DNA of 61,611 nucleotides, filler included, from Anaerolineae bacterium (GTDB lineage Bacteria; Chloroflexota; Anaerolineae; Epilineales; Epilineaceae): assembly GCA_029262755.1 (NCBI GenBank). It is 4 parts of 4 records of this genome, joined end to end, with 100 filler letters (N's around TTAATTAATTAA, not from the genome) between each part and the next. Parts side by side here need not be neighbours in the genome. Positions count along the whole stretch, not along the records: positions 30,471 to 51,765 come from JAJCYU010000321.1; 3 more parts are not named here. One strand, written 5' to 3'. Position 1 is the first letter of the stretch, and the number at the start of each line of letters is the position of its first letter. A program made the position numbers and the translations under genes. Of the stretch, positions 41,410 through 48,600 are shown piece after piece. The notes beneath the pieces were generated by a model. That model searched no databases and was not told where the DNA came from. It was given only the letters and a program-made list of their open reading frames with translations.

Positions 41410-41550
41410 CCGGTCCCTCCCTCCATCTACCGCGCGCTCAACCGCCAGATCCTCGTCGTCCTCAGGGGTCTGGCGATGACACCGCCGAGGTCGATGTACG
41501 GAGCCATCGTCCGGTGAACGGCTAGCTGCGGTACTTTCCTTCGCCTGTGC

Positions 41551-41778
41551 TCAAGCGCGGGTCCACTTCTTGGACCCTTCCAGCCGTCCCCTCGCGTCGG
41601 CGGACGCAAAGAAGCGCATGAACCCGCAGTCTGCGCATACGACGGGTACAAATGTGGCCGACTTGAACATGCCCGCTCCCAATTTCGGTAGCATATCGGG
41701 CCCGTACCCACCCTGTGCGGACAATGTCTTCTCGTAGCGGTACTGTCGATCCGAATCACACTCCGGGCAGGCTTTCAT
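41551..41778 (-). CDS. Small zinc-ribbon protein
   Basis: CPEC ... VVCADCGFMRFF; GGAGG RBS. Confidence 0.75.
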   Translation of the reverse strand: MKACPECDSDRQYRYEKTLSAQGGYGPDMLPKLGAGMFKSATFVPVVCADCGFMRFFASADARGRLEGSKKWTRA

Positions 41779-42592
41779 CAGGTCTCCTCCTTCGATTGGC
41801 CGGAAAAAGGCCGGTTCCGGATCCTGCGTGTTGCACCGAACGCGGCCCGACGTCCCCGCTCACCGGATGGACGGCGATCCGGACGACAGCGTCGAATGGC
41901 AGGAAGGAAGCGTCCGTTTTGGGATCCGCGTGAAATGGAACAGCTGGAGTCCACACTCCTGCCAATTCGATCAACCACCAACAGGAACTCCGACCTGGCA
42001 CGTGCTCACGATATCCGATATGCCGAATCTCGGTCCGCGTCAGGAACCTGGCGGACACGACCGAGGCTTGACTCAATTGCTTGATGATCGACGTGTCCAT
42101 GGCAATCGACGCGGCCTGATCGCGTAGGATTTGAGGCGCTGAACAGACGGGAGAGCCCGACAGTAACGCCGCGGCTTCAGTTTGAATCGGGGCCCAGGTC
42201 GCGTCTGCGTTTGGACCGGATTCACGTGCCCGCAACGTCGCCATGGAGGACACCGCCGTTGCGCCCGCCGTGAGCGGCTGATCGGTGGCATATCTTCGGT
42301 ACTCTTGATAGATGGCAGCCACTTCGCCGTCGCGGGCTAACCCGGTCGCTATGGGCGAGATATCGGGAGCGGAGCGCCCCGCCGTCCGCGTCCAACGCGG
42401 CGACGCAACCGGGTCCGCTTGCCGACCGGCAACGGCGCTGATCATAGTCGCCTGCGCCGAGACCGTCGCCACGCCCTCGGACGACTCTGCGCTGAAGCGA
42501 AATGGCCGGCGCCACCCCAGGGTGCAGACAAGGACCGCAATAACGAGGGTGGCGGCACTCACAACTCTCAACGCGAGCGACCTACGTTCCAT
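41756..42592 (-). CDS. Membrane-anchored hypothetical protein with PepSY-like C-terminal region
   Basis: N-terminal TM; SARFLT..E..CWWLIELAG..VHPVSG resembles the 45045-45548 product; 3' end runs into a repeat. Confidence 0.55.
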   Translation of the reverse strand: MERRSLALRVVSAATLVIAVLVCTLGWRRPFRFSAESSEGVATVSAQATMISAVAGRQADPVASPRWTRTAGRSAPDISPIATGLARDGEVAAIYQEYRRYATDQPLTAGATAVSSMATLRARESGPNADATWAPIQTEAAALLSGSPVCSAPQILRDQAASIAMDTSIIKQLSQASVVSARFLTRTEIRHIGYREHVPGRSSCWWLIELAGVWTPAVPFHADPKTDASFLPFDAVVRIAVHPVSGDVGPRSVQHAGSGTGLFPANRRRRPDESLPGV

Positions 42593-42879
42593 TGACCTCT
42601 TCCTCGATCAGGATCCAGCAGTCGGCGTGCAGAAACACATTGTAGAATCCCGTTTGCGAAAGCCCCCAACCGTCCACGCCGATCTAACAAGGGTGTGGAG
42701 CTGACTTGCTGCCGGCACGCGCGTTCTTCGGCGGCTGCCCCGCCGTCATCAGCCAGCAATTCTCCGTCCGTCCGCAATCAACCGAATCTTGGTGGTGATT
42801 CTCACGGAGAAAGCATGTGGGGCCGAGGACGCGGGCTGGGGGGTTGTGGAGTTCGTGCGCCACCTTCCAGGTCCGCCCC

Positions 42880-43119
42880 TCGGAGGTCGGTGCGCAGCCC
42901 GTGCTCTCCGGAGCCGTGGCCGCTGTCCTGAACCATAACGGCGGCAGTTCGGACGCACCGTTCCCCGTGCCCCAGGTTCTAGTCCTCAGCCCGGCAACGG
43001 TTGCGCCTCCCGTGCCATCGGCGACGGCCACGCAATTGGCCGGCCCCTCGCCGACCCTGGCGCCGGCTCCTGCGCCTTCGCCGCTTCGTGTTTACGTGCC
43101 CAGGGCTACGATTCCCTAG
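42880..43119 (+). pseudogene. Orphan 3' fragment of a surface protein (Pro/Thr linker plus C-terminal tail)
   Basis: PATVAPPVPSATATQLAGPSPTLAPAPAPSPLRVYVPRATIP* with no plausible 5' part. Confidence 0.5.
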
Positions 43120-43171
43120 CGCCCTTCACCTCTCGTCATTCTCTTCACTCCGATCCACCCCGCCGGGCCGC

Positions 43172-43726
43172 TCAGCGCCGTCGCATCCCCCGCAGATCCT
43201 GGTTGACGGAATCCAGGTCGAAGGCCGCCGGATCGAAGGCCTCTCCGACCCATTCGAGCACCTCGCTGTACTCGGCATTCGTCGGGTCTTCGAGCGCGGC
43301 CAACAGGTCAGCGTAGCCCCACACCCCGCCGATGTCTTCGGGTGGGCAGGCGCGTCTGCCCGCGACGCAGCGCGGGTACTCGGCCCCCGGCTCGGACTTC
43401 AGGCGCTTCTCGACGAACACCTGGTGCTCCCAGTCGTCGCCAAAGTCATACGTGTACGTGAATTTGTCCGTGGCGCCACGGATCAGAGAGCCCAACACGG
43501 CGGAATCGGCCGTCTCGTCTCCGTCGAGGGACGCCGTCTCTGCATCGGTGTAGCGTAGCCCCCGAATTTCGAATTCGTAGAGATGGCCTCCCTCCCATCC
43601 CATCGCCACTTGGATGATCCAGTGCAGCCTGTTGAGAGGCGTGTCGTCGCGGACCTCGAGGCGGCGCCAGATAGGCGGCTTCGCACCTTTCAGGCTGACC
43701 TTGAGTCGGTAGATTGCGTGGCTCAT
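43172..43726 (-). CDS. Plasmid pRiA4b ORF-3 family protein
   Basis: PPIWRRLEV, LHWIIQVAMGW..HLYEF, YTYDFGDDWEH, GRRACPPEDIGG. Confidence 0.93.
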   Translation of the reverse strand: MSHAIYRLKVSLKGAKPPIWRRLEVRDDTPLNRLHWIIQVAMGWEGGHLYEFEIRGLRYTDAETASLDGDETADSAVLGSLIRGATDKFTYTYDFGDDWEHQVFVEKRLKSEPGAEYPRCVAGRRACPPEDIGGVWGYADLLAALEDPTNAEYSEVLEWVGEAFDPAAFDLDSVNQDLRGMRRR

Positions 43727-44472
43727 GCAAGGCTCCTCTGAGCGAATTCGTCGTCCGCATATTGTCGAGTGCCGAACGTGCCGGCGAGTCCTAGCGAACG
43801 CGAAGGACGGCTCGCCGCTGCCTTTGGCACCGCCTTGTGCTTCTCGTTCCGGCCCCGGTCTTATCTACACCGAGCTGCAGGTCTCAGTCGCACGACCCCC
43901 AACGATACTTGCTCCCACCTCCCGCTCTCACTGCATCGACTTACTTTGATACCTACATACACCGGTTGCGAACCCCTGACCCCGACGCACTCAGCCCCTG
44001 ACTAGGGCCAAGTCAGGGCTGGGTAATCGCGATGTATTGCTTGGCTGCCACCGGACGCACACCTACTTGTTGGCGTGCTCCACGATCCCCACGCGTACAG
44101 GTTCGGAGCGGTGTTCCTCGTTCCACCGCACGACCAAATCGGTAGCATTCAGCCCGCTGTTCTCGCGCTGCTGGACCTTCACGGTGGCGCGGTCACGATC
44201 GGCTGCTGCATGGCGAGAGCTCAATTGGGTCGGCCAGACAAGCCTCATCGTGCCCTCCGCGCGCAACGAGAGCACGCTGTGATCGATTCGCTTTAGCTTA
44301 ATCGTATTGCCCTCCAGCAGGGCTCGTACGCGCTCGTCGTACAACGCCCAATCGACCGCACACAGCGCCCCGACCTTACGAACGTCTACCGGGCACTTCA
44401 TCCAGGCTAAGGAACATAGGCGTCGGGACGGGGCGTTGCATCGACGAGCCCTCGACTAATTCGATCGCTGCC

Positions 44473-44625
44473 CGCCCTAACGCGACTACGTGCCCGGCCA
44501 GAGTCGGCAAACACACCGGCGGACCTTGCGAGGGCCGTGGATCGAGCACGACGAGCACGCCCGCCTTTTCGGCTGCGACGAGCGCTAATCGGCCGGATTC
44601 CGAGAGCGAGGCCACGCGGCCGGGG
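44473..44625 (-). repeat. Diverged direct copy of the last ~150 bp of the LVIVD-like gene (45750-45901)
   Basis: Colinear alignment with a 1-bp insertion; GRLALVAAEKAGVLVVLDPRPS vs GRLALVAAENAGVLVVLDPRPS. Confidence 0.9.
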
Positions 44626-45044
44626 CCGAGAGCTTGGTCGACCGTACTTTAGGCGAGCGAGGCCACGCTCGATATCGAAGTCCGCTTGCGTACTCTCGCG
44701 TGCGACCCTGTACTCAGGGCATATTCGCTAGGACGTCCGATAGATTCGGATGAGAATTAGAGGGTGATTGTACGACTCCGATCCCGCACGCTCCGGCCAT
44801 TTGAAGCAGTATAAGAGAATCGCTTCGCATGAATGAGGATGCGGTGACGGAGGTCAAATCAGCGTCAGCGTCCGGCGACAGGTGGGACCGCATGGGTTCC
44901 GGGACGCGAAAAAGGGAATGACATATGGCAGCTGGAATCCGAAACAAGGCGCCGCGGAAGAGTCTAGTTTCTGTGTGTGAGCATGGCATCCAACCTAGTC
45001 GACCGCCGTGCACGCTACAGAGGGCCAAACAAGAACAAGCGCAC

Positions 45045-45548
45045 ATGGGAATAGCTGTACCCACGGCCGCCGTGGTATTGGGAATCTCATTGGCCGGCTT
45101 GGCCTGCACGCCAGGTGTTAAACCCTCGATTCCAGCGGACCTAAGCCCAATATCCCCGGATGCGACGTTGGACGTCGCATCGATTTGCGGTGAGGTCCTG
45201 TCTCCGGACCGCCAACTGAAGGTGGAACAACTGAACGCGCACCGCGTCACTCTCGCTCCGTTCGAGGGTGAACCGTTCCTCGCCGTAGAGTCCTATCGAT
45301 TGCTCACCAGTGAAGAATTCATGACGGAGAGACCCGGCCTCGTCGACCGTGACTTGGGCCCCGGAGATCCCGGCTGTGTCTGGCGCTTCGCGTACCGTGG
45401 ACTTGGCACGTTCTTCCCACCGTCGATCTTTGTTGTAGGCCCGCCTGGTCCAACGGCCGTGCCAGGACCAACGACGGTGACGGTGTACAGCGATGGGAAG
45501 ACCGGGCGCGAGCTTGGGATAAGTGCTTCGGCCGATGGCCCGCCGTAG
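45045..45548 (+). CDS. Lipoprotein with PepSY-like region
   Basis: Lipobox LAGLA-C; SYRLLT..E..CVWRFAYRG..VYSDGKTGRELG. Confidence 0.6.
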   Translation: MGIAVPTAAVVLGISLAGLACTPGVKPSIPADLSPISPDATLDVASICGEVLSPDRQLKVEQLNAHRVTLAPFEGEPFLAVESYRLLTSEEFMTERPGLVDRDLGPGDPGCVWRFAYRGLGTFFPPSIFVVGPPGPTAVPGPTTVTVYSDGKTGRELGISASADGPP

Positions 45549-45753
45549 GGTCGGGCCTCGCGAGTTCGGCGCTAGATTCGAGTTTCGTCCAAGCCAAGTG
45601 CTCGGTCGCATCGAGTCGTCAGTGTTCGGCCCCCGCTGCATCCGCCGATGAGGTACCCGGTTCGTTGGCCATAACGAGGCGTGGCTGCGCTATCGCTATC
45701 CGATCTTAGTAGTACACAACCCCGCCATGGCCCCACCACCTTCGCCACTCGCC

Positions 45754-47856
45754 CTACCGCGACAACGTGCCCGCCAGTGCCGGCAAGTACACCGTCGGAC
45801 CGGTCGAGGGACGTGGATCGAGCACGACGAGCACGCCCGCATTCTCGGCCGCGACGAGCGCCAATCGTCCGGATGCGGCGAGCGAAGCTACCCGGCCGGG
45901 GACAGCCGTCCAAGCGCGTTCGCTGGGGATCGTGCCGGGTCGGACGTCCAGCATGCGCACGCTGGAGCTGGTACCGCCGTCGTCCACGGCAACCCAGAGA
46001 CGGCCTGGGGGTGCGGCTGCGAGCGAGCGCGGGGTGCCGGGCATGTCGAGCGAGCCGAGGCTGCGTGGGGCGGACGGGTCTCGGACGTCGAAGGTCCAGA
46101 TGCCGCCGGGGGCCGCGATGTAGGCGTGTCCGCCGAGCAACGCGATGTCGGTTGCGCCGGCTGGAACGGGGACGGTGGCGCGTTCTGTGGGTGGATCCGG
46201 CGGTGTGTACTCGGCCAGCAGCATGCTGCCCGGTAACAGCACGGCGAGGGTGCCGTCCTCGTACGCAAGATCTTGCGCGACCGCAGCCAGGCGGGCGGAG
46301 GGCCACAAGCCGATCGGCTCGGGTTCGAGCGGAGTCGTGAGATCGAGATGGCTGAGCTGGTAGCCCGTGGTGGCCAGGGCCTGGTCGCCGACAACGACGA
46401 TATCGACCATGGGCTCTGGAACTCTTAGGCTGGACGATTCGGCGAGGGCGCCACATCGGAAGGACATCAAATCCGGCGTACCTCTATGACCGTTCGTAGC
46501 GACGAAGAAGCCGTCCGGGGCGGCCGCAACGCGCGCGAAGGCAAGACGCACGGACTCTCCGAATCGCACATGCTCCGGATCGGTCAGGTTCAACCAGGAG
46601 ACCATGCCTCCCCCAACCCCGTTCGAGGCGAGCCCACATGCGCCCTTGAAGGCGACGTCGATCGCGCTAGAAGGACCGGCAGTCCACAACACCCGGCGTT
46701 CCACAGCCTCACCGGTCTCGGCCACAAGGTCGTAGTAGAAGTGTTCGCCCAAGACTAGTAACCGATCGTTGCCCACGACGATTGGGCCCGCGGCCACGGG
46801 ACTCCGGTATCGCAGTTCGCTCACCATGGCTGAAGAACCGGGGGTGCGCCGATCGATCTGCCAGATCGTGGCATCCCCATCCGCGATCAGCAGCACGTCC
46901 TGCCACATCGCCCCGTAGGCTGGGGCCCTAGAGACCACGACGTTCTCCTCGAAGACGATCCGAGGATCTGCGCCGGGCGTCTCGCCATCGACTCGCACCA
47001 AGAGAGCCAATCCATGGGTGTGGAACAACCACACGTCGCTGCCGAATCGGTGGACGTCGTAGGATCGCTCTTCAAACTCTGAATTGACGGGGAGATCGCG
47101 CGTGGCGCCGTTCGGAGAAACCTGTACGAAGCGCACCGTCCGGCTGAGCAGGGTGAGGACGAACACGTCGCCCAGCAGGGCTCCCGCGAGCAAACCATCC
47201 GCGACGACGAATGCCAGGCCCGCCGGCGCCGCAGGATCGCGAAGGCTAATGTGAATGGCGCGATCGCCCGCCGATCCGTTCATGGACTCCGGCCGGTCGA
47301 CCAGGACGACATCCGCCGCGGCGCCGGGCGTTGGCGCCGCATTGAGGGTGAATCGAAAGGCGTGGCGGCCCGGCGGACTGTACGAACCGATCGGGTCACG
47401 CCAGGCAGCACCCTCCCGTCGCATATCGAACACAACGAGACCCGCAGCGCCGGCTGCCGCAACAAGCAGGGTGCCGTTCCACGAGATCTGCGTCACGTCG
47501 CCTGCCAGGACTGGGCTCGCATCGATCCACTGTGGTGGCTCCACGTCAAGGTCTACGCGCCAGATGCGGGCGCCGACGGCCAGCAGGAGGTAGCGACCAT
47601 CCGGGCTCAAGGCCCCCGCTAACGATCTTCCGCCGGCCTGGCCGATGACCGAGAGACCGTCGCCGCGCGGACTCCAACCCTGTGTAGCCTGCGCGTGCAG
47701 GCCGGCGGCCTGGGATTGGGCACCCACGGTGTCACTCGGCACTCCGACCGCCGCGACGACCACCGCGACCACCGCCATCGCCAGGATCGACCTCCGGACC
47801 ACGCGTAGCAACGCAGGTCGGGACCAGGAGCGTCGCATCGTCAGCGGGTCGATCAT
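45754..47856 (-). CDS. Secreted LVIVD-repeat-like beta-propeller protein with C-terminal tail
   Basis: Signal peptide; units such as GHAYIAAPGGIWTFDVRDPSAP; ends TVYLPALAGTLSR. Confidence 0.8.
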   Translation of the reverse strand: MIDPLTMRRSWSRPALLRVVRRSILAMAVVAVVVAAVGVPSDTVGAQSQAAGLHAQATQGWSPRGDGLSVIGQAGGRSLAGALSPDGRYLLLAVGARIWRVDLDVEPPQWIDASPVLAGDVTQISWNGTLLVAAAGAAGLVVFDMRREGAAWRDPIGSYSPPGRHAFRFTLNAAPTPGAAADVVLVDRPESMNGSAGDRAIHISLRDPAAPAGLAFVVADGLLAGALLGDVFVLTLLSRTVRFVQVSPNGATRDLPVNSEFEERSYDVHRFGSDVWLFHTHGLALLVRVDGETPGADPRIVFEENVVVSRAPAYGAMWQDVLLIADGDATIWQIDRRTPGSSAMVSELRYRSPVAAGPIVVGNDRLLVLGEHFYYDLVAETGEAVERRVLWTAGPSSAIDVAFKGACGLASNGVGGGMVSWLNLTDPEHVRFGESVRLAFARVAAAPDGFFVATNGHRGTPDLMSFRCGALAESSSLRVPEPMVDIVVVGDQALATTGYQLSHLDLTTPLEPEPIGLWPSARLAAVAQDLAYEDGTLAVLLPGSMLLAEYTPPDPPTERATVPVPAGATDIALLGGHAYIAAPGGIWTFDVRDPSAPRSLGSLDMPGTPRSLAAAPPGRLWVAVDDGGTSSSVRMLDVRPGTIPSERAWTAVPGRVASLAASGRLALVAAENAGVLVVLDPRPSTGPTVYLPALAGTLSR

Positions 47857-47865
47857 GAACTCAGT

Positions 47866-48453
47866 TCACTCCGATGGCAGCAGATCCGAGCGAGTCGGCC
47901 GATCGTGGAGCGCCGTGAACAGCGCCGCACCGACCGCGGCCCCGATCGCGCCGGCGATCACGACGATCGCGGTGGCGACCGATGCGTGCGGTTCCAGCGG
48001 TGGGACGTTGGCGATCCACCCTGAAGCCAGCCGCCATCCCACGGTTGCGCCCACGGCCGCCGCGACGACCTCGACCGGGCCGGAGAAGCCGCGGCGCGTG
48101 ACGATCATGCCGTGCGCGGTGCCGAGAAGGACGCCGAGTACGAGCCCGTAGGGGACGAGCGAAAACGGAATCGTGGCGAACGAAAGCAGCGCGTTGGCAG
48201 TGGCCTCGCCCGAGATGGGGTCTGCCGCGGATGCGGCACCGAGACCCTTGGCGTCGCCTAGCCCTGTGACCTCACGAGCGCCGGACAGCCCAGTGTAGAG
48301 CAAGAGCACGATGCCACCCGCCACCGTGAGCCCGCCGCCGACCACGCCCGCAACCACGCCGCCCAGCGCGCCGAGTCCGGCGCGGTTGATCCACCGCCGC
48401 GCCACCCGGGTGTAGGGCCGGCGGACGCGCGCGAACTCGCTGTCGTTGCTCAT
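47866..48453 (-). CDS. Gly/Ala-rich membrane protein
   Basis: About 4 hydrophobic segments; ends 10 bp before the next gene. Confidence 0.6.
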   Translation of the reverse strand: MSNDSEFARVRRPYTRVARRWINRAGLGALGGVVAGVVGGGLTVAGGIVLLLYTGLSGAREVTGLGDAKGLGAASAADPISGEATANALLSFATIPFSLVPYGLVLGVLLGTAHGMIVTRRGFSGPVEVVAAAVGATVGWRLASGWIANVPPLEPHASVATAIVVIAGAIGAAVGAALFTALHDRPTRSDLLPSE

Positions 48454-48600
48454 CGGTTGCAGGCGTTCATGGGAACCCCGGGCTCCTCTGCGTATGCGGC
48501 GACGTTGGCATCGTGATCGACGTTGGCATCGACTCCGACGTTGACATCGACATTCGTTTCGGAGTCAGCGTCGATGTCTTAGGTGTCATCGGCACGCGTC

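Noticed and set aside
34000..43800. Run of co-oriented small genes as an integron cassette array
   Set aside because: No attC-like RYYYAAC...GTTRRRY sites or integron integrase seen.
43760..44401. Possible gene at 44063-44401 and downstream fragments
   Set aside because: Short, broken frames with no motif I can support; probably decayed sequence.
44473..45901. Repeat pair as a diversity-generating retroelement TR/VR
   Set aside because: Differences are not adenine-specific, many are synonymous, there is an indel, and no reverse transcriptase is present.
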